The notes: generated by a model from the sequence alone, not told the origin. A stretch of 64,000 nucleotides of DNA from Candidatus Kapaibacterium sp. (GCA_963664875.1 OY761611.1:3616001-3680000); one strand, 5' to 3'. Counted from the stretch's first letter, positions 29,758 through 41,161 are shown. A program made the numbers and translations.

Positions 29758-31071
29758 TTAAGTTCCTGCGTTATAGTCTGTTATATAAGCTATTTGCTCA
29801 GGAGTAAGTTTGTCGAGTTTCATGCCCATAGATTCAATTTTTGTATTAGCGATGAATTCATCTTGCTCAGCAGGCAATTCGATAACTTCATTAGGAAGTT
29901 TTACGCCATTTTTGTGAGCTTCAGCCAATTTGATGTGTGACATGAACTGATTAGCAAAAGACATATCCATTACTTCTGATGGGTGACCTTCTGCAGCAGC
30001 TAAGTTAACCAAGCGACCCTGAGCCAAAAGATATAATCTTCTGCCGTCTTGCATCACGTATTCTTCGCAGTTGCGTCTGATTTCACGTTTAGAAACAGCA
30101 AGAGATTCTAATTCAGGGATGTTGATTTCTGCATCGTAGTGACCTGTGTTACAGATAATAGCACCGTCTCTCATTGATTCGAAGTGACGTTTACGGATAA
30201 TATCTTTTACGCCTGTAGCTGTAACGAAAATATCGCCAACTTTAGCAGCTTCGTCCATAGGCATCACTTCATGACCTTCCAAAGTAGCTTTCACAGCAGC
30301 AGTAGCTTTTACTTCAGTACAGATTGTGTTTGCACCCATGCCTTTAGCACGTTTAGCAACACCTGAACCGCAGTGACCATGACCGCCAACAACAATATTT
30401 TTACCTGCAAGCAACACAGAAGTTGCGCGGATGATACCGTCAAGAGTAGATTGACCTGTACCATAAACGTTATCAAAGTCCCATTTAGTTTCTGCATCAT
30501 TCACAGCATAAACAGGGTAGTACAATTTACCTGCTTCAGCTCTTGCACGCAATCTTTGGATACCTGTAGTAGTTTCTTCAGTACCGCCGATAACGTGGTT
30601 ATGAGCCATATCTTCATATTTTTCGTGTACTGTGTTAATCAAATCGCAACCATCATCCAACGTCAAATGAGGTTTTTTGTCGATAGTGCGTTCGATACAC
30701 CAGTAGAAATCTTCGTGGTTGCCGTACCATGCGAAGATAGAGATACCTTCTTCAGCAAGAGCAGCAGCAACAGCATCATTAGTAGAAAGCGGGTTACAAC
30801 CTGACCAAGTCACTTCAGCACCTGCAGCCGCAAGAGTGCGGATAAGGATACCTGTTTCTTTAGTTACGTGCAAGCAACCTGCGATTGTATAACCTTTTAG
30901 AGGTTTAGTTACTTCATATTCTTTTCTAAGTTTAGCAAGAACGGGCATTCTAGAGTCAGCCCAATCTAATAATTTTCTGCCTTCTTCAGCAAGAGAAAGG
31001 TCGCGGACACAATATTGTCCGGGCACTTCATCAAACTTGCCTTGAGCAGCTTTTGCAGGATAATCAGCCAT
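29758..31071 (-). CDS. ahcY: S-adenosylhomocysteine hydrolase
   Basis: GCLHVT, SGCNPLST, TEETTTG, FDNVYGTG and GHPSEVMDMSFANQ. Confidence 0.97.
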   Translation of the reverse strand: MADYPAKAAQGKFDEVPGQYCVRDLSLAEEGRKLLDWADSRMPVLAKLRKEYEVTKPLKGYTIAGCLHVTKETGILIRTLAAAGAEVTWSGCNPLSTNDAVAAALAEEGISIFAWYGNHEDFYWCIERTIDKKPHLTLDDGCDLINTVHEKYEDMAHNHVIGGTEETTTGIQRLRARAEAGKLYYPVYAVNDAETKWDFDNVYGTGQSTLDGIIRATSVLLAGKNIVVGGHGHCGSGVAKRAKGMGANTICTEVKATAAVKATLEGHEVMPMDEAAKVGDIFVTATGVKDIIRKRHFESMRDGAIICNTGHYDAEINIPELESLAVSKREIRRNCEEYVMQDGRRLYLLAQGRLVNLAAAEGHPSEVMDMSFANQFMSHIKLAEAHKNGVKLPNEVIELPAEQDEFIANTKIESMGMKLDKLTPEQIAYITDYNAGT

Positions 31072-31176
31072 ATCTGTTTACCTATTTTTATGTTAAAACG
31101 ATGTTTTTTTCTAATTTAAGTGGTTTGGATAGTTTATATATATCTTTAGAGGACATATAAATAGTAAAGATTCTTA

Positions 31177-31354
31177 TCCACCCCGCCTTCGCTAAGCTCA
31201 GGCACCCCTCAAGAGGGGAATTTGATTCTTTTTAATTTGAGTAAAGAATTATACATTGTGTTTATCATCTGTAAAAAGTATGTTTTTGCAATTTTCCATT
31301 CCCCTTTCCATTCCCCTCTTGAGGGGTGGCACGTAGAAGACGTGACGGGGTGGA
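31177..31354. repeat. Inverted REP pair (REPIN-like)
   Basis: TCCACCCCG...CACCCCTCAAGAGGGGAA and TTCCCCTCTTGAGGGGTG...CGGGGTGGA. The right half resembles the interior of family A (53745-53780). Confidence 0.75.
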
Positions 31355-31428
31355 AAAATTCCACACCATTTGCCAGAAAACCACTTTTAGTATGATACTA
31401 TACATAAAGACTTAAGAATCTACAAATC

Positions 31429-32580
31429 TTACCCAAAATTCTTTTTAAGCTGTTCTACCAAAGTAAGCTGTTCCCAAGGGAAATGATCGCGACCAAAGTG
31501 ACCATAAGCAGCAGTTTCTCTGAATATAGGTTTTCTAAGGTCTAAGCGTTCGATAATTCCTTTAGGAGTTAAATCTATATTTTTAGCTATATAATCTGAT
31601 AGCTCAATAGAGTCAATTTTAGATGTACCGTGTGTGTCCACAAATACTGAAACAGGTTCCGCTACACCGATTGCATAAGAAAGCTGCAAAGTACATTCTT
31701 TAGCTAAGCCCGCAGCCACAATGTTTTTAGCAATATGGCGAGCAGCGTAAGCCGCAGATCTGTCAACTTTTGTAGAATCTTTACCGGAGAACGCACCACC
31801 ACCGTGAGGAGCTCTACCGCCGTAAGTATCTACAATGATTTTACGACCTGTAAGACCTGTGTCACCATGAGGACCACCGATTACAAATTTACCTGTTGGG
31901 TTAACGTGCAATTTTGTGTTTTCATCAAGCAATTCGGCAGGAATAATAGCTTTTACAACGTGTTCGAAAACATCATCTCTGATTGTTTTTTGATCCACAT
32001 CAGGGTCGTGCTGAGTAGAAACTACGATAGTGTCAACTCTTTTGATTTCTTTAGTAAATCTGTCATATTCCAAAGTTACCTGAGATTTAGAGTCAGGGCG
32101 GAGGTATTTCATGATTTTACCTTCTTTTCTGATTTTTGCTAATTTGTGAACTAATCTGTGAGAATAGATTAGAGTAGCAGGCATCAATTCAGGAGTTTCA
32201 TCAACAGCATAGCCAAACATCATACCCTGATCACCGGCTCCTCCGGTATTAACACCCATAGCGATGTCATTAGACTGTGAGTTGATAACATTGATAACAG
32301 AGCAAGACTCAGCGTCAAATCTATAGTCGCCATTGTTGTAGCCAATATCTCTGATAACGCCTCTTACGATTTCAGGCAAGTCAATATATGTATTAGTAGT
32401 TATTTCACCACCAACCACAATCATACCGGTAGCAGCAAAGCATTCGCAAGCCACACGGCTCATTGGGTCGTCTTTTAGCATTGCGTCAAGCACTGCATCA
32501 GAGACTTGATCGCAAATTTTATCAGGATGTCCTTCTGAAACAGATTCAGAAGTAAATAAAAATGTATTTTTTAATGACAT
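31429..32580 (-). CDS. metK: S-adenosylmethionine synthetase
   Basis: [28 protein letters not shown] and YGHFGR. Confidence 0.98.
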   Translation of the reverse strand: MSLKNTFLFTSESVSEGHPDKICDQVSDAVLDAMLKDDPMSRVACECFAATGMIVVGGEITTNTYIDLPEIVRGVIRDIGYNNGDYRFDAESCSVINVINSQSNDIAMGVNTGGAGDQGMMFGYAVDETPELMPATLIYSHRLVHKLAKIRKEGKIMKYLRPDSKSQVTLEYDRFTKEIKRVDTIVVSTQHDPDVDQKTIRDDVFEHVVKAIIPAELLDENTKLHVNPTGKFVIGGPHGDTGLTGRKIIVDTYGGRAPHGGGAFSGKDSTKVDRSAAYAARHIAKNIVAAGLAKECTLQLSYAIGVAEPVSVFVDTHGTSKIDSIELSDYIAKNIDLTPKGIIERLDLRKPIFRETAAYGHFGRDHFPWEQLTLVEQLKKNFG

Positions 32581-32597
32581 TTTAGAAAGCCCATAAA

Positions 32598-33572
32598 TTA
32601 TTTGAGATTGATTTCACTTGAACTGCCGACATTATAGCTTAGGAACTGTCCGTTTACCATGGCGTCGTTACCAATGATGGATTGTTCCAGCAAAGAAGCT
32701 TCTACTCTCGCACCATCGCTTAAGATAGAGTTCCTTACAATACTGTCTTTTACCACAGCTCCTGCTGCAACGGTTGCATAAGGCCCGATAATAGAGCGCT
32801 CGACAACAGCATCATCAGCGATGAAGCTTGGTTCTAAAACCACTGATTCTTTCATCGGTCTGACAGAAGATTTAGTATCTAATAGGTATCTGTTTGTAGA
32901 AAGGAGAGTTTCCTTTTTACCGCAGTCGTACCATGCTTCCACAGGGAAAGTGTCCATAGCTTCGCCTTTTTCAATCATAAGTTGCAAGGCATCTGTAAGC
33001 TGGTATTCGCCGCGAGTTTTGATATCATTATCGATAATTTCTTCGAGACAGGATTTGAATAAATCGGCATTTTTAAGATAATATATACCAACCAATGCAA
33101 GATTGGATATTGGTTTGTCAGGTTTTTCGATAAGTTTTTTGATTTTGCCGCCATCTTTGATTACAACGCCAAATCTTCTCGGATCTTCCACAGATTTAAC
33201 GCCCAAAGAAGAATTCCCGGAAGAGAAGGCAAGTTTCAGGTCAACATCGAATATTGTATCACCAAGGATAACGAGTAAAGGGTCGCCGTTGAATGTATCT
33301 TTAGCAGTCCAGATTGCATGACCCAAGCCAAGCTGCTCTTCCTGCTCTACGAAAGCCACATCCATATCATAGCGTTCATTTACGTATTTTTCTACGAGTT
33401 TGCCCATATAGCCTGTGATTATCGTAACTTTATTGATTCCCTGATCTTTCAGTTCATCTAAAATATGAGCAAGGATAGGTTTCCCGGCTACGTTAAGCAA
33501 CACTTTTGGTAAAGTGTAAGTATGGGGTCTCAGTCTTGTGCCGACTCCGGCAACAGGTATAATAGCTCTCAT
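32598..33572 (-). CDS. Sugar-phosphate nucleotidyltransferase (glucose-1-phosphate thymidylyltransferase, long form)
   Basis: [24 protein letters not shown]-terminal hexapeptide repeats. Confidence 0.9.
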   Translation of the reverse strand: MRAIIPVAGVGTRLRPHTYTLPKVLLNVAGKPILAHILDELKDQGINKVTIITGYMGKLVEKYVNERYDMDVAFVEQEEQLGLGHAIWTAKDTFNGDPLLVILGDTIFDVDLKLAFSSGNSSLGVKSVEDPRRFGVVIKDGGKIKKLIEKPDKPISNLALVGIYYLKNADLFKSCLEEIIDNDIKTRGEYQLTDALQLMIEKGEAMDTFPVEAWYDCGKKETLLSTNRYLLDTKSSVRPMKESVVLEPSFIADDAVVERSIIGPYATVAAGAVVKDSIVRNSILSDGARVEASLLEQSIIGNDAMVNGQFLSYNVGSSSEINLK

Positions 33573-34186
33573 ATCACTCGTATATTAAATTTGAATAAAT
33601 ATCAGAAATCAAAAATACAATTTTTTTTTCTCTTTTGTAAGCATTGTTTGCTTATTCTCACTACTGCAGCTAATCGCAATAGAGTTATATAAAAATATGG
33701 ACAACTCTGTTTCATTCACTTTTACATATTTATTACCGACTTGCAATAGTTCTTGTCAGCATCATAAATAAGCTATAGCTAAGTTAAAATAGGACTGTAA
33801 TAGTACTAATTAACTTAGTTTATTGTATGAACTTAGGAAACACAGATAAAGTGACGTAAGTAACTAATAATCAGTGCAATAATGTAGATTTTATAAGCTG
33901 AGATATTTGTCATTTTGGTTAACTTAGTGTCTGTTAGTTTTATCAAAAAAACCAAAACTCAAAAGCTTAGCTAATAGAAAAACTAAGGTAAAAATCATAT
34001 TCAATATATATAATATGTTTGATATTTCTATTGAAACTACGTTGATAAGCCTCTAATGCTGCAATTATATGGGTTTATTTGAGCTTATACAAAGTTTGTA
34101 ATCGCAATCTATCTTTATAGATACAAAAAAAGCTAAGATTTTGTTATCTTTGTTGTTTGATACAATCAAAAAACGGAAACATAAAT

Positions 34187-35026
34187 ATGCAGGAAAATAT
34201 TCAAAATATAATCGGCAAAGAATATAAATGTCTCGAACACGGCTTTATCCGCTTGGTTGACGTAATGGGAGATGATGCGGCTATTGTGCAGGCAGCCAGA
34301 GTGTCCTACGGACAGGGAACTAAAACCGTAAACGAAGACAGAGGTCTAATCAGATATCTGATGAGGCATAAACACACCAGCCCTTTTGAAATGGTTGAGC
34401 TCAAATTTCATGTCAAGCTTCCTATTTTCATTGCGAGGCAGTGGATACGCCACCGCACAGCAAATGTGAACGAGTACAGCGGAAGATATTCGGAAATGAA
34501 GGACGAATGTTATTTGCCGGAATTAGAGCAAATCAGGTTGCAGGCGAAAAATAATAAGCAGGGGAGAGCTGACGAAACTCTCGAAAGCAATGATGCAGGG
34601 ACTGTAAGAGACATTCTATCATCAGGGCAGACTGCTGCATTTACAGATTATAAATCAATGCTTGATTTGGGGCTTGCTCGCGAAATCGCGCGTATCAATC
34701 TGCCTTTATCTACATATACTGAATGGTATTGGAAAATAGACCTGCACAATTTACTCCATTTTATCCGCTTAAGGCTCGACTCTCACGCACAGTACGAGAT
34801 TAGAGTTTATGCTGAAGCTATAGCGGAAATGCTTAAAATTATTGTCCCTCTTACATGGGAGGCATTCGAAGATTTTACACTGTACAATATAAACTTTTCG
34901 AGAAAAGAAATAGAAGTACTCAAACAAATCATAAGCGAATTCCCTGATAATAATTTGCTCGAAAAGCACGGATTGAAATCAGGAGAAGCCCGCGAATTTT
35001 TAGAAAAGTTAGAGAAATTGAAATAG
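34187..35026 (+). CDS. thyX: FAD-dependent thymidylate synthase
   Basis: HTSPFE, RQWIRHRTANVNEYSGRY (ThyX motif) and HAQYEIR. Confidence 0.97.
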   Translation: MQENIQNIIGKEYKCLEHGFIRLVDVMGDDAAIVQAARVSYGQGTKTVNEDRGLIRYLMRHKHTSPFEMVELKFHVKLPIFIARQWIRHRTANVNEYSGRYSEMKDECYLPELEQIRLQAKNNKQGRADETLESNDAGTVRDILSSGQTAAFTDYKSMLDLGLAREIARINLPLSTYTEWYWKIDLHNLLHFIRLRLDSHAQYEIRVYAEAIAEMLKIIVPLTWEAFEDFTLYNINFSRKEIEVLKQIISEFPDNNLLEKHGLKSGEAREFLEKLEKLK

Positions 35027-35037
35027 GATTACAAAAA

Positions 35038-35742
35038 ATGAGATTGCTTAAATTATTGCTGCTTTTAGTTTTTACTTTCACTTTTGTCTATGCTGCCAAT
35101 GTCGAAACCGTGCTTAATAGGCACATGGAAGCAAGAGGCGGTAAGGAAGCCTTTGGTAAAATCAATTCGTTTAAAATCAAAGGTACTATCACCACGCCGG
35201 AAATCAAAGCCAAATTCGAGTTGGTATATAAGTACCCCAATAAAATTAAAAATACTATCAGAGATGAAGCAGGTGCCTCTGTTTATATCATAGACGGTGA
35301 CAACAGCTACTTCAAAAATGCTCATACAAAAGACCTGCTGGCAAAGCAAATGCCGGAAGAAATGCAGGCAAATTTTATCGAAAGATCTGATTTTATAGAA
35401 GGCAGTCTCATAAATTCTAAAACAAAGGGAATTAAGACTACTTTTCTAAAAAAAGCAATAGTTGATAACAGGACTGCCTATTTGATTCAAATGAATTACT
35501 ATTATGGCAAAGAGGCTATTGCCTGCATCGACGCTACCACTTACGAACATTACAAAACATATATAGACATCGACAGTACTCATATTGATATGTTTTATAG
35601 CGACTATAAAGAAAAATCCGGTATCATGGTTCCTTTTAGAAGAATCAGCAAAGTGAACGGCAAAATGATAGAAGACGTAAAAGTAGATAAATTGGAAATC
35701 AATCCTAAAGTAGATGATCATATTTTCCAGGATTTGAACTAA
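35038..35742 (+). CDS. Secreted LolA-like / outer membrane lipoprotein-sorting family protein
   Basis: Signal peptide; VLNRHMEARGG..A..KI; YSDYKEKSGIMVP; INPKVDDHIF. Confidence 0.7.
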   Translation: MRLLKLLLLLVFTFTFVYAANVETVLNRHMEARGGKEAFGKINSFKIKGTITTPEIKAKFELVYKYPNKIKNTIRDEAGASVYIIDGDNSYFKNAHTKDLLAKQMPEEMQANFIERSDFIEGSLINSKTKGIKTTFLKKAIVDNRTAYLIQMNYYYGKEAIACIDATTYEHYKTYIDIDSTHIDMFYSDYKEKSGIMVPFRRISKVNGKMIEDVKVDKLEINPKVDDHIFQDLN

Positions 35743-35775
35743 AAAAGCAAGATTGGATGCAGTCGAAATTAATTT

Positions 35776-35822
35776 AAACTCAGGGTACATCTTTCTAACA
35801 TTGTATCCTGAGTTTTTTTTTT
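35776..35822 (+). terminator. Intrinsic terminator
   Basis: AAACTCAGGGTACA ... TGTATCCTGAGTTT followed by a T run. Confidence 0.75.
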
Positions 35823-35870
35823 CTAATTATGTTATTAGTAATACTAATTGAGTCATTATCTTGTACAAGG

Positions 35871-36134
35871 GAGGCTGTCTCATAAGTACCCTTTAGATTT
35901 TATTAGACTTATTTAGTGCGAAAAATATTAATACAATATGAGGCTGAATGCCTCAAATATATTAGCCCGGGGCAACGCCCGTGGAAAGATAAGACATTGA
36001 AATATAGAGCCCTGTAAGGGCGACCAGCTTGAGACGCAATCATTGTGTCTCTACATTTTGCTTAACTCAATTCACATAATGTATTGAGTAATCGTCAAGT
36101 TAATATAGATTGTTATGACTTACGAAACAGCCTC
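35871..36134 (+). mobile_element. MITE family B, copy 2
   Basis: GAGGCTGTCTCATAA ... TACGAAACAGCCTC; near-identical to 26058-26320. Confidence 0.85.
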
Positions 36135-36319
36135 TTCAACAATGCAACACGTAAGATTTACTTACAAGAAAGAATTGTTTTTTTACCGGATAATACTTGA
36201 TGTAGCAGGTATATTAGACTTCTAATGATAATTTCCGGATTAACTATTCTTTATTTTGTTTTCTCGCTTTGTTTGCGGATTTTTGAAGTCTTTAAAATTT
36301 GAATACTCCAGAGACTATA

Positions 36320-37423
36320 ATGAAGAAGAAAGTGCTGATTATTTACACCGGTGGCACTATCGGTATGAAAAAATCTGACAAAGGCTATGTGCCGGATCCT
36401 GATTTTGCAATAAAAGTTAGGCAAATTCCCGAGCTTTACGAACCGGGGATGCCGACATTTGATATTTTGTCTTTAGACCCAATACTCGATTCTTCTAATA
36501 TGAATCCTGCTGATTGGGATCACATTGTCAGAGTTATTTATGAAAACTACTCTGATTACGATGGTTTTATCGTCCTGCACGGCACTGATACCATGGCTTA
36601 TACAGCTTCAGCTCTTTCTTTTATGCTCGAAAATCTGAATTCTCCCGTTATTGTTACAGGTTCTCAAATTCCTATGTGTGAAGTCAGAAATGATGCAAGG
36701 GATAATATTATTACTTCTTTGCTTATTTGCGGAAGCATAGGGGAGGAGCTTAAAGGTAAAGTTACCCTATATTTCGAAAATAAGCTTATGCTTGGTTGCA
36801 GAACTGTTAAAACCGATGCAGTTGGTTTCTCTGCTTTCGAATCTCCTAATTTTCCTCCTGTTGCGAATGTGGGTGTTAAAATCAATATCAATCAGTTTAC
36901 TCATGGTATTGATTTCAATCCAAGCGTGTTCAAAGCCCCGGAAGAATCACCGGTTGAGGATATGGTGCCGGCTCCGAGAGAAGATGAGGACGGCAAATTC
37001 CACTTCATCGAAGGAGACAAAGGGAAAAAGTTTGAAGTTGCAGTAATTAGGCTGTTTCCGGGGATCTCCGGTGATTTTATGCGTAACATCATGCAGCCGC
37101 CGCTTAAAGGGCTTGTCATAGAGGCGTATGGCGTCGGTAATGGTCCCTCAAAAGAGAGCAACCCTGAGCTTTTTGATGCTATCAAAGCAGGGACAGACAA
37201 AGGCATCGTAGCAGTCGCTGTTACTCAATGCCTGCGTGGCGGCATTATGCTCGATCAGTACGAAGCTTCGCTCAAATCAGCTGGTGTTATCAGCGGAAAA
37301 GATATGACTACAGAGGCTGCTCTTGCAAAACTCTATTATTTAATAAGCAAAAAGCAATATTCCGAAAAAGAAGTTCGCAATCTGATTGGAAAAAACCTTA
37401 GAGGAGAACTAACCGATATATAG
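36320..37423 (+). CDS. ansA: Type I (cytoplasmic) L-asparaginase
   Basis: YTGGTIGM, DSSNM, HGTDTMAY, TGSQIP and DMTTEAALAKL. Confidence 0.95.
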   Translation: MKKKVLIIYTGGTIGMKKSDKGYVPDPDFAIKVRQIPELYEPGMPTFDILSLDPILDSSNMNPADWDHIVRVIYENYSDYDGFIVLHGTDTMAYTASALSFMLENLNSPVIVTGSQIPMCEVRNDARDNIITSLLICGSIGEELKGKVTLYFENKLMLGCRTVKTDAVGFSAFESPNFPPVANVGVKININQFTHGIDFNPSVFKAPEESPVEDMVPAPREDEDGKFHFIEGDKGKKFEVAVIRLFPGISGDFMRNIMQPPLKGLVIEAYGVGNGPSKESNPELFDAIKAGTDKGIVAVAVTQCLRGGIMLDQYEASLKSAGVISGKDMTTEAALAKLYYLISKKQYSEKEVRNLIGKNLRGELTDI

Positions 37424-37479
37424 GAGCCTCATTTTCTTTTTAGATGTAAAAGAGAAAAATTTTGGGATTTGATATTAGC

Positions 37480-37525
37480 AAAAAAAACAGTAGAGAAAAA
37501 ATTTACTTCACTACTGTTTTTTTTT
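37480..37525. terminator. Bidirectional terminator
   Basis: A8-CAGTAG ... CTACTG-T9 between convergent genes. Confidence 0.75.
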
Positions 37526-37542
37526 GATGAAATCTATGATTA

Positions 37543-39015
37543 CTACTCTACTACAAATCCTTGAGATTTTTTTTCTATTCCGTTATCTATGACTAAGTAA
37601 TAAATACCTTTCTTCATATCCATGGTGTTGATTCTTTTGAGAGCAATTGCAGTTGTCGGGTCATATTCGAAATTGTTATCAAGCTTGCTCACAAGTTCCC
37701 CGATATAATTGTAGATGCTGAAGGAAGTCTTGCCTTTCGACTCAGGGTGTAGGTAAAAGCTGACATCTGTATATGTTTGTGCAGGGTTGGGTATTGCGTT
37801 AAAAGTAACTAAAGAAGGAATGGATTCGATTACATCAGTATCTGTAGCAAATGGGTCATACGCGATTACTCCTTGATACGCAGGAGCTGCTTGATTTCCA
37901 TCCGGATATATTATAACTCCGAACCACATCAGAGAGTCAGGAGTTACTTTGAATAGATGTCCGATGTAGCTATATGGTGGATTTTTTAATTCTAAATATG
38001 TATAAGTATTCGAATCTTTCGATTTATAATATAGCGAGGATTTTTGGACGTCCATACTTTTACCGTCTGTAAATATTACAAATCTGATGTCGTAGATATC
38101 ACAACTTCCGTTAGAATGAAATCCTGCAACATTATAAGTCTCCATATTTTCTTTCTCGTTTTCTACTATTTCAGGATGCCACTCTAATTTGTCTTCTAAG
38201 CCAACCTCTAATGTATTTAGATTGAATGAATAGATATTAGTACTTATAGGAGAGCAAAAGTGTAACTTATCCCTTATCTCATAAATAGTATTTATGTTTA
38301 GGGATTGCCAAAAGTTTTGTTCTAATTTATTGATACTGTCAATTACATAGTAATTATTATGACCTTGCTTGTCGAAACTTGCAATGCTGAGTTTTTCTTT
38401 TATGGCTAAATACCAATACTTTTTGTTGTAATTATATATTCCATTAGTGTTTGATAATGGGAACCCACCACTATTTTCAGATTTGATAATATCAAATGTA
38501 AAGTTATCTGAATTGAAAAAAATGAATCCCGGAAACGAAATAGTTGTTAATACAAATTTTTTGCCGATAAAACACCAGTTACCGTTTCCCAGATTATAAA
38601 TATAGTATATTGTCAAAGAATCCAAATCTTCGAGATAATCATTTAATCTGTATATGGAATCATTCCTTACAAATAGTAAATCTTGATTGTACTTTGTGAT
38701 ATATCCTTTCTCACTGTATTCAGTATATGGATCAACAGCATCTTTAAGTCCATTGCCTCTTTCAAAAACCTGATATTTGTAGAAATGATTGTCGTCCTCC
38801 AATATTTCAATTGGAATCAATGTATCACCGTCCTTACTAATCCAATTTGAATATAAAGTGCTGACATAAATATTATATAGCGAGTCGTAATCTACATCTA
38901 TTATAGCAGGCAAGTCTTTTGTTTTGCCCATTATAAGAGGTTTGCTCCATTTTCCTGCTTCTGTCGAAGACGTATAAATAAGCAAAATAAATAAAGTATA
39001 TAAATATAATTTCAT
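37543..39015 (-). CDS. T9SS type A sorting domain-containing secreted protein
   Basis: Signal peptide MKLYLYTLFILL; CTD AIPNPA...SIYNYIGELV...KKGIYYLVI...GFVVE. Confidence 0.85.
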   Translation of the reverse strand: MKLYLYTLFILLIYTSSTEAGKWSKPLIMGKTKDLPAIIDVDYDSLYNIYVSTLYSNWISKDGDTLIPIEILEDDNHFYKYQVFERGNGLKDAVDPYTEYSEKGYITKYNQDLLFVRNDSIYRLNDYLEDLDSLTIYYIYNLGNGNWCFIGKKFVLTTISFPGFIFFNSDNFTFDIIKSENSGGFPLSNTNGIYNYNKKYWYLAIKEKLSIASFDKQGHNNYYVIDSINKLEQNFWQSLNINTIYEIRDKLHFCSPISTNIYSFNLNTLEVGLEDKLEWHPEIVENEKENMETYNVAGFHSNGSCDIYDIRFVIFTDGKSMDVQKSSLYYKSKDSNTYTYLELKNPPYSYIGHLFKVTPDSLMWFGVIIYPDGNQAAPAYQGVIAYDPFATDTDVIESIPSLVTFNAIPNPAQTYTDVSFYLHPESKGKTSFSIYNYIGELVSKLDNNFEYDPTTAIALKRINTMDMKKGIYYLVIDNGIEKKSQGFVVE

Positions 39016-39100
39016 ATGACCTTCTCTTTTACATTGTTTGGGTGGAAATTGTAGTAGGTACAACTAAATATTGTACCTACTTATTTTACTTTATTTTATT

Positions 39101-39844
39101 TTATTGTTCGTCACACCTAATAACACATTCGACCCTAACCGGCTGAGTAATGTCATTATTCAGATAATATCGAATAGATTCAGGGCATTGATCAAAAACA
39201 TCAAGCTTCCTGGATACTAATGATGAGAATGCTCTTAATTCATTGAATTCAGGATACCATTTCCAGCAAATCTGATATTGACTTTCACAGTAGGACTCTT
39301 GTGCGCATTTTTTTCTCCCGTAATAATCTTTGATGGTTGTCGTTCCGTCAGGATTTACAGTAGGCAAAGAATAGAGTAATACAAAATCTTTTGAATCGCA
39401 GCTTGCTAAAGAAAGAGTTACAACATTGTTCGTGGCTAAACCAGTTTGGTCACAAAATGGAATTTGATTACCTTGGTTATGGATTGCTACCATTACCAGT
39501 GTCTTGATATAATCTTCCCACAAGCTCCAATATCCAATGTCGAATATTTCCTGGACCTCTGATAAATCACATGGAGTCTCTGTTGGAACAAAGTAGATGT
39601 TTGTTACATAAAAATCATACATGCCCTGAAAATCTCCAGTGTATGCAGCATAGCAAAACTCAACATAAACATCAGCACATAGGATGTGATCTACTAAGAC
39701 AGTACCACCATAATGCCAAAACTGCCCTGCATCCGGGTCATCTGGAGGGCAGTCTCCTTGAGGTGGCTGTGCCAAACTTGTAAAAGAAATAAGTGAAAAC
39801 ATCATTGTTAGCAACAATGATACTAAGGTGTGTTTTTTTTTCAT
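39101..39844 (-). CDS. Secreted cysteine-rich hypothetical protein
   Basis: Signal peptide ending SLAQ; 12 Cys in the mature region. Confidence 0.75.
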   Translation of the reverse strand: MKKKHTLVSLLLTMMFSLISFTSLAQPPQGDCPPDDPDAGQFWHYGGTVLVDHILCADVYVEFCYAAYTGDFQGMYDFYVTNIYFVPTETPCDLSEVQEIFDIGYWSLWEDYIKTLVMVAIHNQGNQIPFCDQTGLATNNVVTLSLASCDSKDFVLLYSLPTVNPDGTTTIKDYYGRKKCAQESYCESQYQICWKWYPEFNELRAFSSLVSRKLDVFDQCPESIRYYLNNDITQPVRVECVIRCDEQ

Positions 39845-40267
39845 AAAAAAACTCCTAAAATAAATTGATAGAATGATTAGAATGTATTGGTACCAAAAAG
39901 CTGATATTATAACTGAATCATTACAATATCACAGCCAATTCTAATTTATAAAATATGATTTATATATGCAAATAAAATATCAAAATATTATGTATATAAA
40001 TAAAAATATATAGTAATACTGTGAGTAGAGTTACTTGAGGTAAATCTTATGTAGAAGTATAATAAAATAAGTTTAGTAAAGCTATTAAACCTTGATATTA
40101 TAGAATAAAAGCTGAATTCAATTTGATATTAATGGCAGCTGATAACGTTTTGTTGGCGGGGAATTTCTCTTTTTTGCGATTTCTTATGTCGCTTAGTGCA
40201 ATAAAAAAAGCCAACCTTCTGTTAAAAAAGGTTGGCTTTGACTCAAATTTCAGTCGTTTTATATATA

Positions 40268-40960
40268 TTAGTCAACTAAGCAAGGATGTTCGATAGTTTC
40301 AAGCCAAGCTTTCCACATTTCTAACTGAGTGTCGTCTAAAATAGCTTCAATTGAACTAATCATTTCATTGAAACATTCGCACATAGCCAATTCGAAAGCT
40401 GCATGAGCTTCAGAATTTTGGATAGTTTCTCTCATTGTAGTATTTAGAGCGTCAAGTTGAGCACGAACTTCTTCGCGAGTGATTTCACCGTTTTTATACG
40501 CAGTGATGATTGCTAATCTTTCTTCTCTTGCCTGAGCAAAAATATCTTCCAAAGCAAGTCTTAAAGTCATTTTAGCTTCGAAAATGCAAGCATAATGAGC
40601 TTTTAGAATGTCCGGAACTAAAGCTAACTGCTCTTCGTTAAGTTCCATCTGAGCGAAAATTTCGCCAAATCTAAAAAATCGTTTACCCTTAGGAGGCATT
40701 TTGTCATTTTTTCCGCCTTTGTTGCCTTTGTCTCCTTTCATCATCATAGTGCCTTCGTACTGAGCAGGAATCATCTGCATATCAGTAGTCATTGTAGCTT
40801 CGTACAAGTCAGGAATAGTGTTTGCTTCGTCTAATTGAACGAAGTATTCTGCAGGTACATCGAAGTCACCGAGATCGACTCCGCCCATGTTTTCTTTGTC
40901 GCAGGAATAAAGACCGAATGTCAAAATGGCTGCAAAGAGTGCTAATAATGTCTTTTTCAT
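40268..40960 (-). CDS. Helical lipoprotein, Spy/CpxP-like
   Basis: Lipobox LYSC; MELNEEQ ... ILDDTQ repeats; K/G-rich linker. Confidence 0.6.
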   Translation of the reverse strand: MKKTLLALFAAILTFGLYSCDKENMGGVDLGDFDVPAEYFVQLDEANTIPDLYEATMTTDMQMIPAQYEGTMMMKGDKGNKGGKNDKMPPKGKRFFRFGEIFAQMELNEEQLALVPDILKAHYACIFEAKMTLRLALEDIFAQAREERLAIITAYKNGEITREEVRAQLDALNTTMRETIQNSEAHAAFELAMCECFNEMISSIEAILDDTQLEMWKAWLETIEHPCLVD

Positions 40961-41161
40961 AGCAATTCCCCTTTAAAATGAGTGTGTAATGGTTTTAAAT
41001 TGTCAAACATCTGAACGTTCTGAATGTTTGATACTTTAAATACCCACAAGGTTTAAAGTGGTTGCAAAAAAAATAATGTCAATTGAAAAAAAAATTCCTT
41101 TTGAGCAATATAATCTCTGAAAAGCCTTGCTATCAGCGAGTATATCAAGAGAAAATTTTTT

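Noticed and set aside
31072-31428. SAM/SAH riboswitch between metK and ahcY
   Set aside because: The structure is explained by an inverted REP pair related to repeats elsewhere; no recognisable riboswitch consensus.
33573-34186. Long AT-rich intergenic region as an ncRNA or origin
   Set aside because: No clear DnaA-box cluster, stable structure or repeat family recognised; consistent with a divergent promoter region.
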